60,842 nt of DNA from Paraphysomonas bandaiensis (taxonomy: Eukaryota > Protista > Chrysophyceae), in the NCBI GenBank assembly GCA_965644295.1, contig CBFFRP010000193.1:1-60842 (forward strand). Direction: 5' to 3'. Below, in pieces: positions 49,825-60,842 of the stretch; position 1 is the stretch's first letter, and every line of letters starts with the position of its first letter. A program made the position numbers and the translations under genes. The notes beneath the pieces are model-generated. The model was not told the DNA's origin and searched no databases. It saw nothing but the letters and a program-made list of their open reading frames with translations.

Positions 49825-51482
49825 ATTAGCAATAGGCGTTTAAGAGTCAGTGCTTAACTCTGATATCCAATTATCTAACGCTGCGAAAGCTGCTTGTGTG
49901 TGTCACGGTGGCCAGGTTGCTGGCCAAACTGGTTGAGCGGGAACAGCCCGGCCTGGTGTTGCTCGGCAAGCAGTCCATCGACACCGACAACAATCAGGTC
50001 GGGCAGATGCTGGCCGCGCTCACCGACTGGCCGCAGGAAACCTTCGCTTCCCGCATCGAGCGACAGGGCGACGAAGTGCAGGTCACTCGCGAGGTGGATG
50101 GCGGCCTGCAGACCCTGGCGCTGACGCTGCCGGCGGTGGTGACTACGGATCTGCGGCTGAACGAACCGCGCTATGCGTCGCTGCCCAATATTATGAAGGC
50201 GAAACAGACACCGTTTGAAACCCTGGGCCTCGACGAGCTGGGCGTGGAACTCGCCAGTGGCGTGGTGATGCTGAACGACTGGCTGCACCCGCCCGACAAC
50301 TTCGGCATTCTGGTCAAAGACCATCTGGTCGGTCAGTTGACCGACAGCTATAACGCCGGCGTACTGGTGTTGCTGGTATTTATCGGCGGCTTTGTGGCGC
50401 TGATGGAACAGTCCGGTGGTGGCCAGGCCTTTGCCCGCAAGGTCACCCACTGGGTCAGCACCAAGTGCCGGGCCCAGGTGGCAGCCTGGCTGGGTGGTAT
50501 CGTCATCTTCTTTTCCGATCTCGGCACGCCGCTGATCGTCGGCCCGGTATTTCGGCCGCTGTTCGACAAGCTCACGCTGTCGCGCCAGAGACTGGCCTTC
50601 ATCATCGACTCCACCGCCTCGCCGGTGGCGATTATGGTGCCTTTTATCGGCTGGGGCGTGTACATCATGGGTCTGCTGCAAAAGGAATTTACCGCCCTTG
50701 CGCTGCCGCTGACCGACTGGGAAGCCTTTATTGCCGCCATTCCGTTCCAGTTCTATGCCGTGCTGGCGGTGGCCATAGTGCCGCTGATCGCCTTCAAGAA
50801 ACTAGACTTTGGCCCTATGGCCGAAGCCGAGCGCGCCGCCGAACGGGGTGAGATTGCCCCCGGCCCGCAAGAGCAGCAAACCCTGTTCAGTCACGACAAC
50901 GCCCGGGCCTCGTTTGTATGGGCGCCACTACTGGTGATGGCCGGGGTGTTGTCGTCAGGTAGGATATGTATCAAAAGTAGGTAAGATAAATTCTTCTCCA
51001 GAGTGGCTAACACAATTTTGCTCAAATAAATCCTACTGAGGAAGACGTAGATATTACAAATGTAATTTGCTTGAAGAATAGTGTCAGATCTTTGTTATAA
51101 TCTCAATGAGCTGAGTCAGGAGCAAACAAGAGTAGATAGTAGATAGTAGAGTATGGTAAAACATAGCACTGTATTCACATTACATTGGCCCAGCAGATGC
51201 CGGTAAATGTAAACTCATGCATCTATAACTCAAGCAAAATATTAATTAATAAGCCTGAGCGATATTTTCTCAATTTAGAAGTCTATAGCTATCCCGGATG
51301 ATCGACTAATGCAAGCAACTCTAAACTCCAGATGCATATTTATTGCAGGCCCCAATACATTTACAAAAGAAACACAAGTGGTGAGTGGGGAGAATAGTGC
51401 ATGCTAGCTAAAAATTGGGTACATATTAGTTTCTCAGAAAACAAATTCTGGTACTTATCCCGGAAACACCACGGCGTGGTGC
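49825..51482 (-). repeat. Degenerate family-R copy hosting the bacterial insert
   Basis: 49825-49904 matches the reverse complement of 26205-26345 / 24868-24957; 51285-51380 and 51425-51482 match the reverse complement of 25620-25703 and 25480-25540. Confidence 0.7.
49905..50949 (+). other. Bacterial-derived GC-rich insert: internal etfB fragment fused in frame to an internal Na+/H+ antiporter (NhaC-family) fragment
   Basis: LGKQSIDTDNNQVGQMLA...TREVDGG...TDLRLNEPRYASLPNIMKAK (EtfB) runs to ~50255, then IGGFVALMEQSGG...LAFIIDSTASPVA...FQFYAVLA (NhaC family). Abrupt GC and GC3 jump relative to the flanks; no introns or stops. Confidence 0.9.
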
Positions 51483-51971
51483 TACTACGAATTAGTAGAG
51501 GGTGGATCTACTATTATTCCATAATGGTTATTGAATTAATTTATAGCTAAATATGCACCTGCAATATATTCAACCATACCCATACATACTCATATTGTTA
51601 TACAGTTATTAGGTCACAACAAAATCTAACCAGCAAATCACACTGCTACCTGCAACAATCGGATTGTAAGAAGCAGAGGCTGTGAGTGTGTAGACTATAA
51701 TAAAAAAGTTGACAATGATCTATCATGTTGGCTTCCATATCAGGATCGCAGTGCTATAGTCGTCTCAAACGGATGATAGTAATTCGTTTCGTGATGGAGA
51801 CTCAACACCATCGACTGATTCAACAGCTAATCAGCTCATGCAGTGCTTCCACCTGCTATCGCTCTACAAAGCATATATCCTGTACTGGGAATGCTGCTGA
51901 GAGTAGAGTTGAGTGGGAAGAATGTCATGATAGTTCTGTTCTCACTCTCTCGTGAGTGTCACTGAGATCTT

Positions 51972-52183
51972 ACCTGTACCTGTGCATCTGTCCCTATACA
52001 CCTGTACCTGTGCATCTGCTATCGGCTCACACGACAAGAAGAAATGTTGTCGTAGTACTTGTATACCAGATGCACAGGTACAAGTGTATAGAACAGATGC
52101 ACAGGTACGACAGATGCACAGGTACAGGTGTATAGAACAGATGCACAGGTACGACAGATGCACAGGTACAGGTGTACAGGTAC
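51972..52183. repeat. Fold-back cluster of CAGATGCACAGGTAC units (MITE-like)
   Basis: Two units on the minus strand (51972-52018) face five units on the plus strand (52067-52183). Confidence 0.75.
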
Positions 52184-52232
52184 AGCCATATTCTCCTCTA
52201 TTTGAAGCGGCCATACGCATAGATGGCAATGC

Positions 52233-53468
52233 ATGGATCTGTCAGTAACAGATATGCATGTACTTATTGTTGCATGCATTATCACCTCGAGCTGTTATAC
52301 GACAGCAGCAGTGAGGGGTCAGTCTAATGACGCCCATACAGACACATGCAGAGATACACACTCCTATATATCCACAGACCCTCACACAGAGACAGAGACA
52401 GAGACAGGGATACACAGTAAATTAGTGTTTGCAGATGGGGCATCTTATGAAGGAGAAGTTCAAGAGGGCAGAATACATAATTATGGAAAGTACACTTATC
52501 CTGATGGGTCTGTGTATGAGGGCCAGTTCAGCAATGGGAAGGTCACCGGGAAGGGTAAGTACGTGTTCGCCAACGGAAAGATATACGAGGGTGATTTCGT
52601 GGATAGTAAAATGCATGGTCATGGAGTGATGGTGTTCAGCGACGGAACAAAGTATACTGGAGAGTTTTATCAAAATGCTAGAGAGGGACGTGGTACAATT
52701 CAGTTTGCTGACGGCAGCGTATACAATGGCGAGCACAAACACAATCGTATCAATGGATTAGGCTCGATGAAATACCCCTCTGGTGATATGTATGAGGGCT
52801 CATGGAAGGTTCTTTGAATGTAGGATTACATTGATGTTTGATAATAATATGCACAGGACGAAGTTAAGCATGGAAAAGGAACAATGCATTTTTACAGTGG
52901 CAAAGTGTACGACGGTTATTGGGCAGATGATAGCATGCATGGTCACGGGGTTATGACATATCCTGACGGGAAAGTATTTAATGGAAATTACTATCACAAC
53001 AAGAAATCTGGTCATGGTACACTGACACTTACTGACGGATCCATCTACGAAGGAGAGTTCAAAGGCAATAAAATGCACGGCATAGGTATTATGAAATTTG
53101 CCGATGGAGCTGTATACACAGGAGAGTGGGTGGAAAACAACATTCATGGTCATGGTACAATGACTTTTAATTCGGAATCTTATACTGGTATGTGGCAAAG
53201 TAATCAGCGACACGGTTTTGGTAGAATGGAGTTCACGGATGGTGCTGTTTATGAAGGTCAGTTCAGTAGTAATAGTATTGAAGGCTTCGGTCGTATGACA
53301 TATTTCAATGGTGAAGTGTATGAAGGTGTATGGAGTGTTGGAGAATTAGTTGATACTACAATTTTGAATAGCATGCGTAGGTGGGCTTTACATGTTGTTG
53401 GGAGAAGTTATACATTCCTGTTGTCACTTTTTTTGAAATGTTGTGTATGCTTTCATAATATTGAATAA
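52233..53468 (+). CDS. MORN-repeat protein with hydrophobic N- and C-terminal segments, one intron (~52809-52855)
   Basis: More than 12 YxGxFxxxxxHGxGxxxxxDG repeats. Confidence 0.9.
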
Positions 53469-54049
53469 TAGCTATTACCATTGATCCATACGTTTTAGGT
53501 TTTAGTAACACTTGAAGACAAGATGTTAGAGACTGCCTGCTAGGCGTTAAGTCATTTACAATGCTAGTACAGACTACATTAGCTTAGTGCTGTGAACGCA
53601 ATAATAAAATAAATATTTGAACGATGCTGCAGAAAACTTATTAATTTACCACTCAAACTATAAAAATTATAACGATTGAGTCGTCCGATTTGAGTTCTGA
53701 TATGTCAAGAGGTTGTCTATATAATACTTTAAAACCCACATAACAATCAATTTGAAGCGATGGCGGAATGGGAAAGACAAGTATAACAAATGTGTTGAGA
53801 CAGAAATCGTAAGTTATGAATTCATCAGAATGATTGCACCTGCTCAAATACCATATCAGTGCTGCATCTTATTTATCTACTCCATGCATGATACCACATG
53901 CACAAATCAACCTGTGAAGCAATGCACTACTTAGCCCGCGCATATCACTATTATGCAATAACGCAACACAGGTACCTATATAATCTTTGATTCATCCCGT
54001 GGTATTTTAGATATTTTCAGAAAGGCTCGAGTTGATATAATATAGACCA

Positions 54050-56988
54050 CTACAACTGAATCGCAGAAAATTTCTCACTAGTTTCAGGAGACCTCTGGCG
54101 ATTACGAATGTACTCTGTCAATGGAACAGCAGATAAGATAACAGATCACGTGAACAAACTTGTCAAAATAAGACCACAGTGGTATACACAATACCGTAAG
54201 ATACTACTTTATTTTCCATCACAATTTAGTAATACAGATAAGGAAAAGCATACTGACCAAGGGTATTACGATAGTGAGCTTTTACTGCTGATCCCATTGC
54301 CTGTCCTCCGTCTTCAGACCCTATTTGTTCGTTGATAAGCGCGATTAAACCGCTCAAGTACCGCACGTGGATAAGAGGGTTGTTGTTTTCATAGTAGAAA
54401 ATATATCTGTCAAATTCGTTAGGTCATATTACCTGATAAGAATAACATATGATATGCAGACTACCACAAACACATAGTCCAATATATAACAATTACCAAC
54501 CTGTCCAAGATTTCAACAAATATATTGGGATTGCACACGGATGCAATTTTGAGTGACCGCTGCATGCACTCCAACACCCTGTCGCAATCTGCGTATCTAG
54601 TTCCGTGTACAGCTGGCTCTTCTTCACCATCAGCAACTATGGGTGGGTCCTTAGGCCAAAACAAATGAGAGCATAGAGTAACCATGCGACACTGATCGGG
54701 CTTCTTCAAGAGCTTGTTTGCATACTATACGACAAGAAATAAACTAAATTGACACTGTATAATGAAGGATAAGACTCCGTGTACCTGCGCTGTTTTGGTA
54801 ATTAATGCCTCATAGTCCTCCGTGGGAAAGTTGCGACAGTTCAAAAGCGTCCCAACGATAGCAGTCAGAGCTCGCACCTGAGACTTGCTCTCACTAATCT
54901 CACACTCATAAATCAATAATCCTTCTTTTACGAACTCATACGCAATAGCAGAAAAATTGCATGCATCCGCCGCCTGATAATGCAAGCAAGTATAAAACAA
55001 CACACATCAACGGTATACGGAAATTTGTCAAATAGTCAGTTCATCATGATACCTGTGCCGCTTGAAGAAAAAGCTTCATTGAAATTTCTGGATGAGAAGT
55101 GGCCATGGCGGTCACAATCTCGATAACAAATTGGAACACCTTTCGGGAACTGTACTGAGGGGCGACGTCCTGTTCCGTTTCAGCCGCTTTCTCTTTTGCA
55201 AGTACCCTCTTCGCCAAGGACAATGCGGCAAATACGAGAGGGACGAGAGTGAATTGAATGCGCTGAGCGCCACCGTTAATGAATTTGGAACGTGCTGCCA
55301 CATATATGCGAAGCAGTACATCGGTATCATCATTCTGCATTAAATGCACAACTTTGGCGACAAGCACTTGTTCTTCCTTAAATTGGTCATCAACTGGTGG
55401 CTCCGTGCCGTCCTCATCAGCTTCTCTTGTGGTTCCGTCCGGGTCCTTCAGAAGTGGGGTAATGATTGCAAACAATTGTTCCGCCTGGTCCACTTCTGTC
55501 AGTGGGGCGTTCCGTGCAACCACGCTGCGCAGAAGGGAAACAGCAACGTCTTTCCAATTTCCCCACGGAAGGAAAGACATAAGAGTGGCATATTGCTGAA
55601 GATCAAGAACCTTGAGGGCAAGAGAGGATAGGGGGACTGAGAGTAGTTGCTCAATCTGTGCTGTTGTGTCACGAAGGGACTTCGTTGTCGAATGCCTCCT
55701 CCTTCAGCAGCCAGGGATGTTTGAAAGTCACTTTTTCTATAAGTGCCACACACTAGCAGCCAGACAGTGGGCAACATAGTCGAGCTTGTTGGGGTAGCAC
55801 TTCAATGAAAAATTAGTGAGAGCCGTTTGAAGCCGCAAGGTTTCTGTGAGTGTCAAATTCGTTCGATTTTCAATGAGAGTTGTAATGCAGTCGTTAAACA
55901 TTTTGAACGCATGAATCTCGGAGGGGATCTGACCGGTGTTGTTGGCTGCATAGTTAGCTAAGCGATCCATCATGGCCTCTAGAATAGATCGTACATTGAC
56001 TTTTCTTTGAGATTAACACATGTATGCAAAAAAGGTTCAAAGTGGCTAGATGGAATTCGTCAGGAAACACCTGTATAGTGCAGTCCATGAGATATGTCTG
56101 CGCGATTGTATCTTTGCACAAGACTACTTGCTCCAGGATCTTAGGAAGAACATTTACTCGATACTCTTGCAAATCCAAACCCTCTAGTTCACTCAGTCGA
56201 ACCAAATTCGTACCTACTAGGATGCGTAGGTCTTGACGTTCTTTTTCGCGCTTTTTACGGTCTTCTTTTGCCCCCTGTTTTGCAGTCGCACCCAGAGGCG
56301 ATTGGCTTGTTCAAAATTTTGGAGGACAAAATTATAGGCATCTTGTACATTTCCACTGACCCCTTCGAAAGCGGAACCTGTATCAGGCAGACGCTTTTTG
56401 GTCACATGGCTAAGGTAGTTGCGGAGAAAGAGTCCACGCATCGGGTTCTGTCTACCCCTTTGATCATGTCCACTAAATCCTTCAGAATATCCTTTGCAGG
56501 AACTTCCGGGAGTCAATATAGACCCCACCCACACAGCAGAGTAAATGCAGCGCGGGGAAGTACCTGGGAACACGATTGAACTTTTTCATATAGCTCTTGA
56601 ATCTTGTGTCCATTTCGCTGCAGAGTTGAAAAGAGAGTATTCTTCCATTTCTCTCTATCTCATCTAGAACTTTCATATAAAGCTCATAATAATGCTTGGG
56701 GGCCAGTTGGTTTGTACGTAACTCTCTGAGCATTTCAGTCGCGTGGTCTAGTGCGAGCTTCACGTTATCCCCATCCTGTACACAGACAATTACATCATAC
56801 CATTCACCACACAGTGCTGTCGAAGTACCATGGCTACGCTGCTTAAAAAATAGCGTGTTCCTTTACCTTCGTCACGGATTGCTCGATCGGTCCTATTCAC
56901 AGAGTCATAAGAGCGGAGCGGTCAATACATATATATATCCACTCCCTCCACTCACCGCATCTGTTCCGTTTCATTAATAGGCCGCCAT
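54050..56988 (-). CDS. VPS35: Retromer subunit VPS35; the 5' half carries many frameshifts
   Basis: [69 protein letters not shown] and LLKKPDQCR. Confidence 0.92.
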
Positions 56989-57564
56989 GTCCCGTTAATT
57001 ATGATTCGATACACGGCTTTGTTATACGATTGTACACTGATGCCTAGTGTACACGCTGCTTCTTGTGGTGTGATGGTTGCTTCCAGCCAGGTGAGGCAGC
57101 AGGATAGCACAGCAAGAAAGTGGATACGAAGTGATGATCAGGTACTCGTTTGACATGTACTGCTGTATATGTACTGTAGTACTACTTTTGCTCGCATTGT
57201 TGGTTGACACCGCTGTACTAACGTACTAATGTACCACTACTCGTACTCGTATATATCATATTACGGATCTGGTCCACATGGATGCCGACATGAACGTATC
57301 TTAAGGTGATAAGAAACAGTGAACATTATGGATCATACTGACATGAATCTCGACCAAACAACTGCTCTACATAACTGGAGATGGATTTATACAAATCAGT
57401 TTGCTGTCAAGAGCTCAATTCTTGTGACAATATAATCAGCGATCTGACAGTCCTGGAGGAACACAATGGTTCTGAGTGAAAGCCACGGCCCTATCAGAGG
57501 ACAAGCATCATTCGATGATGTACATTCACCTTGTTCTGTGTCGTATATGCGATTGTACGATGCA

Positions 57565-57900
57565 ATATAGAGAGAGGACGGTGACAGAAACACCATTCAC
57601 GCACAGATTTCTAATGATTGGACAGGCGGTTCAAATGTCAAAAGAAGTGGCACGGAACAAATCACAAGCAATGTCAAAAATTTCGAGATGTTTCCTTTTT
57701 CCATGCTGTTCACATGACAGCAATGAAGCATCTGACACTTGGCACTGCTTGGAATTTCTTAGCACCCTGTCTTTAGAAGCTCAAACGTATCTCTGGCAGC
57801 GACTGCTAATACTGCGTAGTTAACACCATCTCTCAGGGTGATATGATTTATTTTCTAATTTAGTTGTTTCAGAAGAAACAACGTTGTCACTGTTCCAAAA
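57565..57900 (+). pseudogene. Degenerate Crypton recombinase N-terminal relic
   Basis: CQKFRDVSFFHAVHMTAMKHLTLGTAWNFL aligns with FQCFGGFLIDHAVHGTTKKPLTLGTAWQYL of the 16011 gene. Confidence 0.7.
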
Positions 57901-58154
57901 ATATGCAGTACATAGCCGCAGCACGTGTGCCGACATGCACACACAATAAAGAGGTACTAGCATGCGCTGCTATTTGGATTTTCTTCCATGTTGTTGTAGT
58001 CATAAAAGCGTGTACATAGTTGTGTAAAACTAATAGAGCAATCAAATTATTACAAACACAAACAGTCGATATCCTGTAAATGTGCCCTATGAATACGGAT
58101 ATACACTTGCTGTAATGCTTTCACAAGTGGAACCTCGATAATTAGTAACAAAAA

Positions 58155-60842
58155 CTAGAGCCATGTGATATGGGAAGCGATTTCCTCTGAGCTCTTCTTC
58201 GATGGCAATTTCAACCTCTTCATCCTCACTGTAGTCTCATCATCCCCTTCGTCCTCATACACCACCTCAATGTAGTGCTCCATCGTAATAGTAGTCGTCT
58301 TCATCAGTTCCTGTGTGTTGAACTTCCACCAACTGGTTATTTTCGTCAATTTCATACGATTAAGGCATCTTCAAACTCTTCAGGAGGCCGACTTTGATAT
58401 GCACCCTCCTGAATGATTTCATCGCCATTCAAAACCTCATCTTCTGGAACCGGTACCATATGCTCCGACTGTCTCTCTGTACGTTCATCATCCCCTAACA
58501 TCACAGCCTGCACACCTTCCGGTGGGCGGGAAATACTTAACTCACTCATACTTAAACCAGGTTCATCCATTTCTTTTTCCTGTGCTTCCTCTGGAGTAGG
58601 TGTGTCCGAATTTTTGTAACGGAGGGGATAGCTTCTTATCTAACGTATTCTTGTCGGCAGAGAGTTCACTCAGTGCTGATACTCTTATTTTCATACAAGG
58701 CCGTATCACCTGTGCTTGTGGATCGCCGTTTCTTCGGCCCTTCGCTGAGGCGGTGTACCCAGATCGTCTGCATCAATCGAATTGGAGCTTATAGATGGCA
58801 ATAAACGACTCCACATCGGCCAACGCTGCGAAGGCGTTTCGGGAGTGAGGGGATCGATCGAGTCCATGACCACCTGGACGACGACCGCCCTTCCTTGCGG
58901 ACGAAATAACACGATCAGATTGCTACGACTGTGATAACCCACACCCCTCTGACTAGACATTGGACGGGGCTACTGGACTACGATTTAACCCGAAAGGTGA
59001 CTTCGTGCCGTCCTTAGACTCCATATCCTCATGGACCTTAAGGACATCCAGTTCGTTTAATGAATTACGGCGACGAATTTGGCGTATTTTTGCCCCAGGT
59101 TTGCTGTCAATTATCGTTTTCATTGCCATAGTAGTTGGAGAGTCCGTACCGCTCGATGCTCTACGTAAGGGGACCCTATCAACTATCTCTGCAGCACCCT
59201 GGACAGATCCCTGTAGAGAGCGTCTAGACCCGTAGAGGTTGTTAGTGGAGGCAGTAGACGTAGGCTTTCGAGTGGGAAGCGAAGAACGAATGGCAGGAAC
59301 GGACATTCTGGGGGTGGTTGCAGGGCGTGTCTCCAGGTGACGATACTTCTATGTATCAACAATCAGGGTGATGAACCTACCATGTGCAGCTATCATTACA
59401 CACTACAAAACACACTTTCCAAGATCACAGTAAAAGGCCCATAGCATATCACATAAATACTTACACTAGAAAGAGATGGATTGACAAGGTAGTCTCATCA
59501 TTGTAAAATCTCACACTTCCCGAAAATGCCACTCCAAAGATTCTGTACACAACCCAAAGAAATATTACCACTTTACAATACACCATCAAATACACAACCA
59601 AAGCGATCACGTACATATGTAAAGAAGCAATTGTACATCGAAGACACAGAGTAAATATGCCGCCGTCTGTGAAATGAGCTGTCAATAATAATAATATGTC
59701 AGCACAAGTAATTCAGAAGCTCATAACTTGTCGCTTACTCTTATGAGAGCCTCTAATAAGAGTCATTAGGAAAATAGACAATCCCAAAAATATACTGAGC
59801 ATAACTTGGTTTTGGTCGTCATGTTCATGCTGAATTTAAAAGTTAATTCGAAATAATAACGCATATATAATTCAAACCAAGCGTAAATCTTCATATATAA
59901 GCTTAATCGAGACACCGACGCCTGCAATAAAACAGTAAATACGCGCATGCATGCATACAGCAGCATATATTTTAAGAAGTGTATAATATACATAACATCA
60001 AGTGGAAAACAATTGTCGCGCATTTCATATATAGGTCAATCTTGGCAAACCTACCAAATAACGTAAATGATAAAAATGGATGGAGACATATCCATAACAT
60101 TCCCTTGCTTCGAGATATTCCCAACGCATGAGCTGCATGTTGCTATGTGGTGGCGGACGTCCCGAAGTACTAAAAACCAAATTAGTAGTCACATAAAAAT
60201 ATATGCAAGAGTACACCCATAACGAAAATAATAACAACCATACCAGCACAGCCAGAAAAAAAATAAGAAGCGAGCCAAGAAGGGTAAATGCATAAATTCG
60301 ACCAGGAGTTAGGCTAGTGTTGATCGGAAGGATCAGTAGCAATGACAGCCTCGCCTGCTGAAACATAGATCCACTTGAGACGCAGATCATGATATGGAAC
60401 ACTATGTCGTACCGAGCACAAGCATGACAAAGGTACCAGTTCTTGATGCATGATGATGAACGTTAGTTGGAATCAGTGCACTGCCGAGTAATAATTTATG
60501 ATTGCTAAACTCCAAACTTCCGTTTACGAACTCACGGTACATACCTGCGTCCAACAGTTCTTAATGATCAAACATGAACCAAACACCAAGACTTCCCATA
60601 CCGCCCATCTAATAAAACGAATTATCGCATAGATCACAGTAACTGAAGTATCAGTTTTGCACAGTAAGATAGCTATCGTTTGGGACTCCCAGAATATTCT
60701 TGACATGATATAGTGCAAAAAAACACTCACCCTAAAAACTCAACTAATGAAGCTGCCATGATTATGTATGTATGAGTGTATAAATCACTCGTTGGAACGA
60801 AGTAGTTACTGCACATGATGGCCATGCCTGACAATATCAAAC
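58155..60842 (-). CDS. Probable multi-pass membrane protein with a long disordered C-terminal tail; frameshifted, starts beyond the window
   Basis: Several hydrophobic ORF pieces at 59400-60800 followed by Ser/Pro/acidic pieces at 58155-59306, all on the same strand. Confidence 0.4.

Noticed and set aside
49875-50851. Alternative-frame and antisense ORFs over the bacterial insert
   Set aside because: Shadow ORFs caused by high GC3; the + frame at 49896 carries the recognisable motifs.

Overview
Eukaryotic nuclear DNA with short (~45-60 nt) GT-AG introns. It is most likely from a flagellated stramenopile (inferred from IFT172, a WRKY19-like Zn-finger gene and a CryptonS-type element). Recognisable host genes: FAD oxidoreductase, acylated EF-hand protein, cytochrome c, mitochondrial L7/L12, IFT172, a PDZ-PX-WH2 protein, a HAT/TPR protein, SPF27/BCAS2, an FG-GAP membrane protein, a MORN protein and VPS35. 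Mobile DNA is abundant: a Ty1/copia pol with a nested LTR element, two or more hAT families (one clean 1,033-bp element with 23-bp TIRs and an 8-bp TSD), an unclassified dispersed repeat ('family R') and a 34-bp minisatellite. Two highlights: (1) an apparently intact, intron-containing Crypton tyrosine-recombinase element with CCCGCACC inverted motifs at both ends and a five-unit downstream array sharing a ~45-bp motif, plus two Crypton relics; (2) a ~1.05-kb GC-rich bacterial insert, an in-frame etfB/nhaC-family chimera flanked by TGTC repeats and lying inside a family-R copy. The last ~5 kb is rich in frameshifts, probably consensus errors. All calls are by-eye, with no database searches.
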